A DNA stretch of 64,000 nucleotides from Nitrososphaerota archaeon (GTDB taxonomy: Archaea; Thermoproteota; Nitrososphaeria_A; Caldarchaeales; Calditenuaceae), in the NCBI GenBank assembly GCA_041641295.1, contig JBEPYO010000001.1, positions 602,776-666,775 of the forward strand. Direction: 5' to 3'. Positions 18,088 through 26,956 of this stretch are shown one piece after another. How positions within the stretch are numbered: position 1 is the first letter of the stretch; the number at the start of each line of letters is the position of its first letter. Both the position numbers and the translations under genes were made by a program. The notes beneath the pieces were generated by a model. It was not told where the DNA came from and made no database searches. It worked only from the letters and a program-made list of their open reading frames with translations.

Positions 18088-19269
18088 GTGCCTCCTCAGG
18101 AGTATCAGCTTGTATGTATAACGTGCGGCGAGACCTACCCCTACAACGAGATAGTATACAGGTGTCGGAGGTGCGGTGATCTATTAGAAGCGAGGATTGA
18201 GGGTGGAGATGTTTTCAGGCTGGACAGTCTTGGGGGACGGGTTCAGAGCATTTGGCGGTATAGGGAGCTGCTGCCCAGCTTTTTCACCCGGATAGTTAGC
18301 CTAGGGGAGGGTTATACTAGGCTCCTGAGGGCTGAGAGGCTCGCGGAGACGGTCGGTGTCAGGGAGCTGTATGTCAAGCTGGAGGGGCTCAACCCTACGG
18401 GGAGCTTCAAGGACCGTGGCATGAGCGTGGGCGTCTCGATGGCCTGCACGCTAGGGGCGAGGAGTGTGGTCTGCGCCTCAACCGGCAACACTTCAGCCTC
18501 CCTAGCCGCCTACGCAGCTAGGGCAGGTCTTGAGTGTAGAGTCTACGTGCCCGAGGGAAAGATAGCTCTGGGAAAGCTCTTCCAGGCTAGGATGTTTGGG
18601 GCCAGAATCCACCAGGTCTCGGGAAGCTTTGACGACGCCTTGAGACTAGTAATAGAGAGGAGTGGCGGCGAGGCCTATATTCTAAACTCGGTGAACCCGT
18701 GGAGGATTGAGGGGCAGAAGACTGCAGCCTTCGAACTCTGGGAGCAGATGGGTGGTGAGACAGACTATGTAGTCGTGCTACCGGTGGGCAACTCTGGAAA
18801 CATCTCCGCCTACTGGAAAGGATTCCGAGAACTCCTCGACCACGGACTCATCAACACGGCACCCAGGCTGGTGGGGGTGCAGGCCGCGGGAGCCGCACCA
18901 ATCGTCGAGATGCTTAGCAGGGGCTTGGACAGGCTCCCAGACTGGCCAAACCCTGAGACGATAGCAACCGCCATCAGGATAGGCAGGCCGATAAACTGGA
19001 AAAAGGGGGTCCGCGCAATAAAGGAGTCAGGTGGAACGGCAGTCAAGGTAAGCGACGAGGAAATCCTCCAAGCCCTGAGGCTCCTAGCAACGACTGAGGG
19101 AATTGCGACCGAGCCCGCGGGAGCCGCACCAATAGCGGGCGTCAAGAGGCTTGTGGAGGAGGGCTGGCTCGGCAGAGACGACAAGGTCATCTGCATAGCC
19201 ACGGGAAACATGCTCAAAGACACCAGCGAGATACTCGTAGCGTGGAACCAGCCCCAGAAACACGTCTAG
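18088..19269 (+). CDS. thrC: Threonine synthase, archaeal type with an N-terminal zinc ribbon
   Basis: CITCGETY...CRRCGD zinc ribbon and the PLP lysine motif TGSFKDRG. Confidence 0.9.
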   Translation: MPPQEYQLVCITCGETYPYNEIVYRCRRCGDLLEARIEGGDVFRLDSLGGRVQSIWRYRELLPSFFTRIVSLGEGYTRLLRAERLAETVGVRELYVKLEGLNPTGSFKDRGMSVGVSMACTLGARSVVCASTGNTSASLAAYAARAGLECRVYVPEGKIALGKLFQARMFGARIHQVSGSFDDALRLVIERSGGEAYILNSVNPWRIEGQKTAAFELWEQMGGETDYVVVLPVGNSGNISAYWKGFRELLDHGLINTAPRLVGVQAAGAAPIVEMLSRGLDRLPDWPNPETIATAIRIGRPINWKKGVRAIKESGGTAVKVSDEEILQALRLLATTEGIATEPAGAAPIAGVKRLVEEGWLGRDDKVICIATGNMLKDTSEILVAWNQPQKHV

Positions 19270-19350
19270 CCCCACCACCCTGGCAGAGCCTAGACACATA
19301 ATCCCATGAACCTACATATACGGCCAGCCCCACGCGAATTTGAAGAGGGT

Positions 19351-19447
19351 GGGCCGGTAGATCAGCGGTAGATCGCCCGCCTCGCAAGCGGAGGCCTCGC
19401 TCCGCCGAGAACGCGGGAGGTCCCGGGTTCGAATCCCGGCCGGTCCA
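19351..19447 (+). tRNA. tRNA-Ala (CGC) with a ~25-nt intron at or next to the canonical 37/38 position
   Basis: Acceptor GGGCCGG/CCGGUCC with the G3:U70 Ala identity pair. The anticodon stem CCCGC pairs perfectly with GCGGG only across a 25-nt insert (19387-19411). The insert itself forms a GCGGAG/CTCCGC hairpin. Confidence 0.75.
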
Positions 19448-19514
19448 AGGTTTTCCAGTTGTTGTGCCGCTCTCAGAGGGGTTTATTTTTAAATATCGGG
19501 GCTGATGCGTCAGA

Positions 19515-20969
19515 TTGGGAGGATTTATTGCCAAGGAATCCGAGAAGTTCGAGCGGTTCAGTGAGTGGTTTGATAACGTCCTCCTAACGGCGCGGATAGC
19601 CGACAACAGGTATCCTGTGAAGGGGTTTATCGTCTACCTTGAGAATGGGTGGTTCGTCATTGAGAGGATTAGGAGGAGGCTTGAGGAGCTCCTCGAGGAG
19701 GACGGACACCTTCCCATGTATTATCCACTAGTAGCTACGCTGGAGAATTTCTCGCGCGAGGCTGAGCACATCAAGGGGTTCATGGGCGAGGTTTTCGCGG
19801 TCGGTAAGCTTCGGACTGGGGAGAGCGAAGTCCAGGAGGAGGCCCCACTCATACTCAGGCCCACCTCAGAGACCATAATGTACCCGATGTTCGCCCTCTG
19901 GATCAACAACCACTCAGACCTTCCACTGAAGGTCCACCAAAGCTGCGCGGTATACCGCTACGAGACAAAGGCTACTAGGGCCCTCTACAGGGTTAGAGAG
20001 ATTCCGTGGAATGAAGCCCACACAGCCCATGCCACTAGGGAGGAGGCAGAGGCGCAGGTGAGGAAGGCCGTCGAGATCTATAGAAAGGTGTTGGACGAGC
20101 TGGGGATTGCCTACCTCACCCTTCGGAGGCCTGACTTCGACAAGTTCGCAGGCGCGGAATACTCTATAGCGTTTGATGCGTGGAATCCTGACGGGAAAGT
20201 CAACCAGGTTGCGACGGTCCACAACCTGGGGACAAACTTCTCCAGGGTCTTCGGCATAGTCTTTGAGAAGAAGGAGGGGGGTAAGGACTATGCCTGGCAG
20301 CTCTGCTATGGCTTCGGCTACAGTAGGGTCCTCGCAGCCATCATTGCACAGCACGGAGACGACCTAGGACCAATCTTCCCGCCCTGGGTGGCGCCAATCC
20401 AGATCGTAATCGTCCCCATACCGTATAAGGGTAGGGAGGCTGAAGTGTATGAGTACGCTAGGGAGGTGTATAGTCTTTTAAGGCCGGGCTACAGGGTGAG
20501 GCTTGACGACCGCGAGGACGCCACGCCGGGTGAGAAGTACTATTATTGGGAGAGGAGGGGTGTGCCGCTGAGGGTTGAGGTGGGTCCGAGGGATGTTGAG
20601 AAGAGGGCCGTGGTGCTTGCGAGGCGGGACACTGGTGAGAAGTTTAGCGCGCCTATTGAGAAGTTGAGGGAGGAGGTTGCAAGGGTACTTGAGGACATAG
20701 CCCGGAACCTCTCTGAGCGCTCGAAGAAGAGGCTCTGGGAGCAGATAGTAGATGCAAAAAGCCTAGAGGAGGGTGCAAAGAGTGTTGATCTGGGCAAGAT
20801 ATGTAGGGTTAGCTGGTGTGGAAGGGAAGAGTGCGCCCTCTCACTAAAGAGTGCAATGGGTGCGGAGGTGCGTGGATATCGCTACGATGTTGACGAGAAG
20901 AGTGATAGGCCCTGTATTGTCTGCGGCTCACCTGGCAGGACTTATCTCTACGTCTCGAGGGCCTACTGA
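19515..20969 (+). CDS. proS: Prolyl-tRNA synthetase, archaeal/eukaryal type, with a TTG start
   Basis: Class II aaRS motifs, RYPVKG, and a C-terminal ...YVSRAY ending in Tyr, which is typical of archaeal ProRS. Confidence 0.85.
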   Translation: MGGFIAKESEKFERFSEWFDNVLLTARIADNRYPVKGFIVYLENGWFVIERIRRRLEELLEEDGHLPMYYPLVATLENFSREAEHIKGFMGEVFAVGKLRTGESEVQEEAPLILRPTSETIMYPMFALWINNHSDLPLKVHQSCAVYRYETKATRALYRVREIPWNEAHTAHATREEAEAQVRKAVEIYRKVLDELGIAYLTLRRPDFDKFAGAEYSIAFDAWNPDGKVNQVATVHNLGTNFSRVFGIVFEKKEGGKDYAWQLCYGFGYSRVLAAIIAQHGDDLGPIFPPWVAPIQIVIVPIPYKGREAEVYEYAREVYSLLRPGYRVRLDDREDATPGEKYYYWERRGVPLRVEVGPRDVEKRAVVLARRDTGEKFSAPIEKLREEVARVLEDIARNLSERSKKRLWEQIVDAKSLEEGAKSVDLGKICRVSWCGREECALSLKSAMGAEVRGYRYDVDEKSDRPCIVCGSPGRTYLYVSRAY

Positions 20970-20983
20970 GGCAGCGATGTATC

Positions 20984-21763
20984 CTATGTCAGCTCGCCCT
21001 GGCTGACCTCTATTAGGCCCTTCTCCTCCAGCCGCCTCAGAACCTCCTCCACCTCCTCCTCAGGTATCCCAAGGGCCCGGGAGCATGTTTCAACCTCAAG
21101 TACCGAGCCCTCAGGGAGGGAGGAGATGTAGTTGTAGATCATGCGTTCTTTGGACGTGAGTGTTGGGACTTCCGGGAAGCTCTCCGCCATCTTCTGCGCA
21201 ATAATGGCCCTAGCCTCGTCAAGTATCCTCATGGCCTCGTCGGAGAGCTCTTCTTGGTCAGCCTCTTGGGAGGGGAGGCTTATCGACATGCCAGAGCCGG
21301 CTATTAGACTGTCTATCGCGCCACTAAGGCTGTCTAGGCTCTCAGCGGCCTCCGGGACAACCTTCACAATCTCCATCCTGACACGCTCCAACAACCCCTT
21401 CAGCACGGGCGCCAGCCCTATGATCTCCCGGAGCTCCAGAAGACTCTCCATCCTTACCCTAACCTGCTCGAGGACTAGGAGGGACTGGAGGACAATCCTC
21501 GCAATCCTACGGAGCTCGGCTATCTCACCGGCATAAATGGCCGCGTAGCCCTCATCACCCATCTGGAGGGCTTGGATACACCGCTCAAAATACTCCCTCC
21601 CACGAGCCTCCAGCCCCGCATACTTGTTCTTCAAACGGTTAATCTGGGTGTTAAGCATCATGAGGGCGGATGATAGTCTCGAACTGTAGGAGTCTGGCGC
21701 CTCCCTTACTCTGCGCCCCCTCCCAAGGGCCCTGGCCCTGATATACTCAATAATCCTAGCCAT
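20984..21763 (-). CDS. cdvB: ESCRT-III/Snf7-family protein with a C-terminal winged helix (CdvB-like)
   Basis: Snf7-like helical hairpin (REYFERCIQALQMGDEGYAAIYAGEIAELRRIARIV...) plus a C-terminal wH (LEVETCSRALGIPEEEVEEVLRRLEEKGLIEV). No cdvA or cdvC lies adjacent. Confidence 0.5.
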   Translation of the reverse strand: MARIIEYIRARALGRGRRVREAPDSYSSRLSSALMMLNTQINRLKNKYAGLEARGREYFERCIQALQMGDEGYAAIYAGEIAELRRIARIVLQSLLVLEQVRVRMESLLELREIIGLAPVLKGLLERVRMEIVKVVPEAAESLDSLSGAIDSLIAGSGMSISLPSQEADQEELSDEAMRILDEARAIIAQKMAESFPEVPTLTSKERMIYNYISSLPEGSVLEVETCSRALGIPEEEVEEVLRRLEEKGLIEVSQGELT

Positions 21764-21910
21764 TGTTCAGAGGCCCTGCCGCCCGTCTCCATAGATAAAT
21801 CCTGAAGGTGGGGGGTCGCGGGGCCATTAACCCGTATTACCTGATAAATCTCCGGGGAGTCCCTGCGACATGCTTGATGGCTGTGAACGGATAAATATGG
21901 GGGCGGATAT

Positions 21911-22096
21911 TTGGGAGGCGTGTCAGGCTCGCGGAGGCGTAGGAGGGAGGCGCCCCTGCCAGCCACTGGGGCAGGGCTACTAAGATTCTTTGAGGAGGAG
22001 ACCAAAGGTATTAAGCTCAAGCCCCAGATAATATTGCTGGCCGGCGGCCTCTTGATAGCAATGGTACTACTGTTTCGAGTCCTCTTCCCAATATAG
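21911..22096 (+). CDS. secG: Preprotein translocase subunit Sec61beta (SecG)
   Basis: AGLLRFFEEETKGIKLKPQ followed by a single C-terminal TM helix. About 60 aa. Confidence 0.75.
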   Translation: MGGVSGSRRRRREAPLPATGAGLLRFFEEETKGIKLKPQIILLAGGLLIAMVLLFRVLFPI

Positions 22097-22173
22097 GGAG
22101 TCCCCCTAAAAACCAGCCTGAAGATGGTGAGGAAAAAATGTAGGAGGTGTATGTGGTAGCGGCAGGGCCTCTT

Positions 22174-22344
22174 CTACTGGCCCTGCTGCGTCTGTGCAGG
22201 CGGCGCCTCTGGAGGAGCTGGCTTCGCGGCAGGCTTCTTGGCCGCAGCCTTCTTCTTGGCTGCAGCCTTCTTCCCCTTCGCGCGCGCCGTCTTCTTTCCA
22301 CCCTTCTTAGCCTTTGCCGACCCCTTAGCTTTTCGCGCCGGCAT
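22174..22344 (-). CDS. Small (56 aa) Lys/Ala-rich basic protein; a candidate chromatin or nucleic-acid-binding protein. It is below the 60-aa cutoff of the ORF track.
   Basis: Hand translation gives MPARKAKGSAKAKKGGKKTARAKGKKAAAKKKAAAKKPAAKPAPPEAPPAQTQQGQ*. The ATG is preceded by CACTATATTTT about 22 nt upstream, and TTATATTA lies further upstream. The opposite-strand ORFs here are Arg/Leu-rich shadows. Confidence 0.6.
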   Translation of the reverse strand: MPARKAKGSAKAKKGGKKTARAKGKKAAAKKKAAAKKPAAKPAPPEAPPAQTQQGQ

Positions 22345-22444
22345 ACCTCACACGCAAAATATAGTGAGATTATCAATAATATAAGAATTTTGCTGTCCCA
22401 GCTATTCCACGAAGGGTTTATACCACCACAGCCACCATGTTTGT

Positions 22445-23041
22445 GTGTTGTCGAGGTTCTCGGTGATTGTTTTAGCAGCGGGTGGGTCGAAGCGGATGGG
22501 GGCGAACAAGCTTCTAACAACACTCTCAGGTAAGCCGCTGGTTTCGTGGAGTGTTGAGGCGGCGCTTGCCTCAGGCTGTGCTGAGGTGGTAGTGGTTGTT
22601 GGACATGAGGCGGAGAGGGTTAGAGAGGTCCTTCCCCCAGGCGTTAGGCCTGTGGTTAACAAGGAGTGGGAGGAGGGGGTTTCAAGCAGTATTAGAAGGG
22701 GTGTGATTGAAGTCTCCCACGACTCGGAGGCGGTGGTCATAATGGTTGCCGACCAGCCCCTAGTCCATCCCTCCATACCAGCGCTCCTAGCCAACCTAGT
22801 GCTTCAGGGAGGGCACCCTCTATCCTGCGCCGCCGTGGGAGGCGAGCCTCGAAACCCGGCCGCCTTCCACAAGAGCCTCTACAACGAGCTGATTGGATTG
22901 GAGGGTGATAGGGGCGCGAAGAGCGTTATTTTCCGGCACCTATCCGAGGCGGCGCTTCTCGAAGTGCCTGAGGAGATGCTTATGGACGTAGATACGCCCG
23001 GGGACTTGGAGAGATTGGCAAAAATCCTGAAACCCAGCTAG
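22445..23041 (+). CDS. MobA-like nucleotidyltransferase (molybdenum cofactor guanylyl/cytidylyltransferase family)
   Basis: N-terminal VIVLAAGGSKRMG NTP-transferase motif. 198 aa. Confidence 0.7.
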   Translation: MLSRFSVIVLAAGGSKRMGANKLLTTLSGKPLVSWSVEAALASGCAEVVVVVGHEAERVREVLPPGVRPVVNKEWEEGVSSSIRRGVIEVSHDSEAVVIMVADQPLVHPSIPALLANLVLQGGHPLSCAAVGGEPRNPAAFHKSLYNELIGLEGDRGAKSVIFRHLSEAALLEVPEEMLMDVDTPGDLERLAKILKPS

Positions 23042-23093
23042 GTAAAATTGATTTATCCACTATGGGGCTCGGATTTGGCGGAGGCTGGACGGT

Positions 23094-23858
23094 TTGGGCA
23101 GGCTTGACGGGCTAGTAGCTCTGGTAACCGGTTCGAGCAGGGGGATTGGTAGGGGCATAGCTGTAGAGATGGCTAGGGAGGGGGCGAAGCTAGCTATACA
23201 CGCGACCCGTATAGAGGGTTTGAGGGAGACTGCTCAGACCCTCACCGAGCTGGGTGCAGACTTTGTGGAGCTTGCAGCAGACCTATCCCGGGCCGAGGCA
23301 TGTGATAGGTTAGTGGACGAGACAGTCGAGAGGATGGGCAGAGTCGACATACTCGTTAATAATGCGGGGGTCAACGTTGCCAAGCCCGCATCGGAGCTAG
23401 GCCTTGACGAGTGGGACTGGGTGTTGGCTGTAAACCTTAAGGCCCCCTTCATCTGCTCGAGGCGCGCCGCCAAATACATGTCAAGTAGGAAGTGGGGTAG
23501 GATTATCAACATAGCCTCGGTGACCTCCTTCATGGGCATCGGGTGCAGAGCGGCCTACGCCTCTTCTAAGTCGGGTATACTGGGTCTGACCCGCACCCTA
23601 GCCCTTGAGTTGGCGCCGCATGGTGTCACGGTCAACGCTATAGCACCGGGATTCATTGCAACCGACATGGTTAAGCGGCGGATAGAGGAGGGGACACTCG
23701 ACCTCGAGAGATTACTCAAGAGAATACCTCTTGGCAGGCTTGGAACCCCAGAGGAGGTGGGGAGGCTGGCGGCGTTCTTGGCAAGCCCCGAGGCCTCCTA
23801 CATCACCGGCCAAGTCTTCGTGATTGACGGCGGGTTCCTAGCCAACGCCACTCCTTGA
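23094..23858 (+). CDS. Short-chain dehydrogenase/reductase (FabG-like)
   Basis: [12 protein letters not shown] Rossmann motif and the YxxxK catalytic motif (YASSK). Confidence 0.85.
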   Translation: MGRLDGLVALVTGSSRGIGRGIAVEMAREGAKLAIHATRIEGLRETAQTLTELGADFVELAADLSRAEACDRLVDETVERMGRVDILVNNAGVNVAKPASELGLDEWDWVLAVNLKAPFICSRRAAKYMSSRKWGRIINIASVTSFMGIGCRAAYASSKSGILGLTRTLALELAPHGVTVNAIAPGFIATDMVKRRIEEGTLDLERLLKRIPLGRLGTPEEVGRLAAFLASPEASYITGQVFVIDGGFLANATP

Positions 23859-23899
23859 AAAACTCGAATACGTTATTAAGCGGGGATTAGCAGTTCTGG

Positions 23900-24505
23900 T
23901 TGAGGATGCCTAAAAAAGGCAGGAATGGAGCGAGCCCCAGAGGAGGGCGCCACAAGCTATCATATCTTGTAGCCCTCATCCCCGCGGCTGTCTTCGTGGG
24001 TCTTATCGTGTTCCTATTATCACAGCCCGCCGCTCAGCCGCCCATCACACAGGTATCCCCTACAGCCGAGAGAAAGGAGGCACCGGACTTCGTATTGAGA
24101 AAGCTCACCCCCAACGGCCTGAGCGATGAGACATTCACCCTTTCATCTGCCAGGGGTAGGGTGGTCTTCCTAGACTTCGCATGGTGGCGGTGCCCACATT
24201 GTAACAACATGGAGCCGGTGATTAAGGACCTCTACTCGGAGTTCAGCGGTCGAGGAGTCGTCTTCGTTACCGTGCTACTCGATGACATGCAGAGCAGTGT
24301 CTCGGATAGTGCCCGCTTCGTCGCCCAGCATGAAATTCCTTGGACGGCTCTCTGGGACGAGGGAGGGAGAGTTTTCAGCCGGTATGGAATAAGGGAGACC
24401 CCCACTTATGTCATAATAAACAGGGAGGGTAAGATTGTCACGGTCGTGAAGGGTGAGCAGCAAAGGCAGGTTCTCGCCGACATTTTGAGATCGGTTCTAG
24501 GGTGA
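23900..24505 (+). CDS. Membrane-anchored thioredoxin-fold thiol:disulfide oxidoreductase (CPHC)
   Basis: N-terminal TM helix and a WRCPHCNNMEP active site with redoxin-family features. Confidence 0.75.
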   Translation: MRMPKKGRNGASPRGGRHKLSYLVALIPAAVFVGLIVFLLSQPAAQPPITQVSPTAERKEAPDFVLRKLTPNGLSDETFTLSSARGRVVFLDFAWWRCPHCNNMEPVIKDLYSEFSGRGVVFVTVLLDDMQSSVSDSARFVAQHEIPWTALWDEGGRVFSRYGIRETPTYVIINREGKIVTVVKGEQQRQVLADILRSVLG

Positions 24506-24957
24506 TAGGTGGCTTGGGCCACTGGTCGCCTCCACGCATGGCGTACCTATCCTCAGCCATCCTCTCAGCCGCAGGTCTCCCCCTCTCGATCTATCTAGTC
24601 TCACCGGGCGAGCTCCCCCAGTTCTGCGAGGTTGGGAGCAGATTCTCCTGCGTGACGGTAATCCACAGCGAGTACTCCAGATTCATGGGCATACCTGTTG
24701 CAGCTGTTGGGGCTTTATGGTTTGGAGGGGCCCTAGCCCTGTCCTTGGCAGCGGTGGCTGGGCTCAGGGTTGGGAACATCCTCCTATACTGGTCGGTCCT
24801 AGGCGTTCTCGGCGCTCTGGCCCTACTCTTCGTCGAGATATTCATGATAGGGAGTATATGCCTGCTCTGCACCTTTGCGCACGCAGCAGGGGCAGGGATC
24901 TTTGCAGCAGCCTACCTAGCACATATCTGGACTCAGCCGCCCATAACCTCTGGGTAG
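24502..24957 (+). CDS. Vitamin K epoxide reductase (VKOR) family protein
   Basis: Loop cysteines FCEVGSRFSC, a TM-embedded CLLC active site and several TM helices. It overlaps the upstream Trx-like gene by 4 nt. Confidence 0.75.
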   Translation: MIGGLGHWSPPRMAYLSSAILSAAGLPLSIYLVSPGELPQFCEVGSRFSCVTVIHSEYSRFMGIPVAAVGALWFGGALALSLAAVAGLRVGNILLYWSVLGVLGALALLFVEIFMIGSICLLCTFAHAAGAGIFAAAYLAHIWTQPPITSG

Positions 24958-25172
24958 AAGTAGAAAGTCTTCCCCACCTCCCTTATGACCTCACCCACCT
25001 CAGCAGCCTCGTCTATCACCTTCCCCCTACCCACAAGTTTAAAGAAGGCTCCAGAGACGCCTATCTCCCTCGAAACCCGGTCTATAAGCTGTTCTACACG
25101 CTCGTTGAGAGACACCTCGATCTTGAACCTCCGCGCAGGGCCTATGAGCGGTATAATCTCGATTACCTCCAT
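24933..25172 (-). CDS. Ubiquitin-like beta-grasp small protein ending in Gly-Gly (MoaD/ThiS/SAMP-like)
   Basis: 79 aa ending ...FYFYPEVMGG, a diglycine C-terminus typical of sulfur-carrier or SAMP proteins. Confidence 0.45.
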   Translation of the reverse strand: MEVIEIIPLIGPARRFKIEVSLNERVEQLIDRVSREIGVSGAFFKLVGRGKVIDEAAEVGEVIREVGKTFYFYPEVMGG

Positions 25173-25350
25173 TCCACCCGCCCTTCCGCACCCCCCATAT
25201 TTTAAGGGAGCAGGATCTAGCGGGTGGGGGATTTCTTGGGTATATAGGGAAAATTATCGGACGCAGCTCGAGGTGGGGTGGAGAAAACTCTATTATCGGT
25301 TAGGGGGGTTTAGCTGTGAGCTGAGGGGCTTGGGAGCTGGGCTGGACGAG

Positions 25351-25770
25351 ATGGATAGAAAAATCATAGAGTTGATGAGGCTTGACGCTAGGAGGAGCTA
25401 TCAGTCAATAGGTAAAGAGCTCGGGGTCTCGGAGGGGACCGTCAGGAAGAGGGTGAAGAGGCTGATAGAGGCTGGAGTCATAAAGCGCTTCACAATTGAG
25501 GTTGAGAAGCCCCAGCAGGTCCAAGCAATATCCATGATCTCTGTAGACCCCTCTGTCCCAACCCCCGTCGTCGCCGAGAAGCTTGCGAAGGTCCGGGGGG
25601 TCGAGAAGGTCTACGAGATCACAGGAGAATATGACGCCTTAGTCATTATCTCTATGGATAGCATCGCAGAGCTTAACAGGTGTATTGAGGAGATTAGGAT
25701 GATTCAGGGTGTGAAGGAAACTAACACGGCGATGGTTCTCAGGGTCGTGACCCCTCAATTAGCCGGATGA
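25351..25770 (+). CDS. Lrp/AsnC family transcriptional regulator. The listed ORF starts at 24985; MDRKIIELMRLD at 25351 is the family-typical start.
   Basis: HTH segment IIELMRLDARRSYQSIGKELGVSEGTVRKRVKRL plus the RAM domain. Confidence 0.8.
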   Translation: MDRKIIELMRLDARRSYQSIGKELGVSEGTVRKRVKRLIEAGVIKRFTIEVEKPQQVQAISMISVDPSVPTPVVAEKLAKVRGVEKVYEITGEYDALVIISMDSIAELNRCIEEIRMIQGVKETNTAMVLRVVTPQLAG

Positions 25771-26248
25771 CCTTCTCGACAGCCTCCTTGGGAGTCTGTG
25801 CAGTGTGTATGAGAGTCTTGTGCCTATCGTCTAAATACTTGCCAGCGTATTCATCCGCTACGCCCCCTGAGCCCACTAAGGCGACGACGGGTTTCTCCTC
25901 CAAGTAGGCCGCCGCGACCTCTATGAGGGTTCCCGCACCTCCGCCAACCACTATGACACCGTCCGCCGACCAGACATTAACCATGTTCCTCATGTGGCTT
26001 AGCCCCGTCGCGATCTTGACAGTGCTATAGGGGTTGGCCTGCGAGGTGTCCTTCTGGGGCAGGATAGATACAGTGATGCCTCCGTGCTCGTAGGCTCCCC
26101 TCGCCGCCGAGGCCATCACTCCACCAAGCCCGCCCGTCAGAAGAATATGTCCACGCCGCGCAACCTCCGCACCCACCTCATAGGCTAAAGCCCTAGCTAC
26201 GTCGGTACAGGAATCCTCGTTATAGCCCACAACAAGTATCTGATACAT
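25739..26248 (-). CDS. LOG/TIGR00725-family Rossmann-fold protein
   Basis: TGGLGGVM and VGGGAGTLIE motifs. Confidence 0.65.
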   Translation of the reverse strand: MYQILVVGYNEDSCTDVARALAYEVGAEVARRGHILLTGGLGGVMASAARGAYEHGGITVSILPQKDTSQANPYSTVKIATGLSHMRNMVNVWSADGVIVVGGGAGTLIEVAAAYLEEKPVVALVGSGGVADEYAGKYLDDRHKTLIHTAQTPKEAVEKVIRLIEGSRP

Positions 26249-26304
26249 GTGTAGCCACCTCCGTAGACTTACACCTTCCTACCATCTCAAAAAATGTGCC
26301 TTTT

Positions 26305-26832
26305 TTAAGGGCGGTGTCGCCTGTGCTTTCCCTCACCCTTGGCCTGGTTCACCGCCGCATCCACGACGTTGGCGTCCATCAGGGCGAGTAGGAGTTCGTC
26401 ATAGTTCTTCTCAATATCCACTAGGGCGCTGTCGGGGGAGGTTATGTCCACCATTCTTTTACATTTCCAGACATACCCACCGCCCTTAAGATTCAGCCTA
26501 GTGAACACACCCACAAGCCTTCTGTCCAAGTCGTAGTTAGGCCACGGCAGGATGTATTCGACAAAGCAGAATCTGTACGCTTTCTCATGGACATCCCCGT
26601 AGAAGGTGTTGAAGTAGAGGTTGAGCGGCTCATCCCTCACATAGGTCTCCCAAGTCGTGTACCGCGTGTAGAATGGGACCCAGCCATCCTCCCGGAGCTC
26701 CATATCCTCCAGGGAGATTGGGCGCTTCCAAGCAGATGGAAAGAACCCGCGCATCTCAAGGAGCGGTAAAATTGCCCTCTGAATAATCCCCTGCCTCATC
26801 AACTCTATCCTCTCCCTGAGGCTAAGATTCAT
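26305..26832 (-). CDS. Hypothetical protein
   Basis: Long ORF with coding-like composition and no recognised motifs. Confidence 0.4.
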   Translation of the reverse strand: MNLSLRERIELMRQGIIQRAILPLLEMRGFFPSAWKRPISLEDMELREDGWVPFYTRYTTWETYVRDEPLNLYFNTFYGDVHEKAYRFCFVEYILPWPNYDLDRRLVGVFTRLNLKGGGYVWKCKRMVDITSPDSALVDIEKNYDELLLALMDANVVDAAVNQAKGEGKHRRHRP

Positions 26833-26956
26833 TCCTCATCACTCGCCAAGCAGCTCGGCCACGACCCGCGAGCCAATCATTCTCCGCCAAACGGACGCTA
26901 AATCTTACTACATAGCGGTTTAAATAACCTTAACTCAGTTATGAGAGAGGGTCAAA

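Noticed and set aside
21706-22020. 104-aa minus ORF overlapping the secG start region
   Set aside because: It has no motifs and overlaps the better-supported Sec61beta gene and the intergenic promoter region.
22017-22533. Overlapping 168-aa (minus) and 128-aa (plus) Arg/Leu-rich ORFs
   Set aside because: Both are out-of-frame or antisense readings of the AAG/GCC-rich Lys/Ala-rich small gene and of its promoter region. Neither has a credible start context or any motifs.
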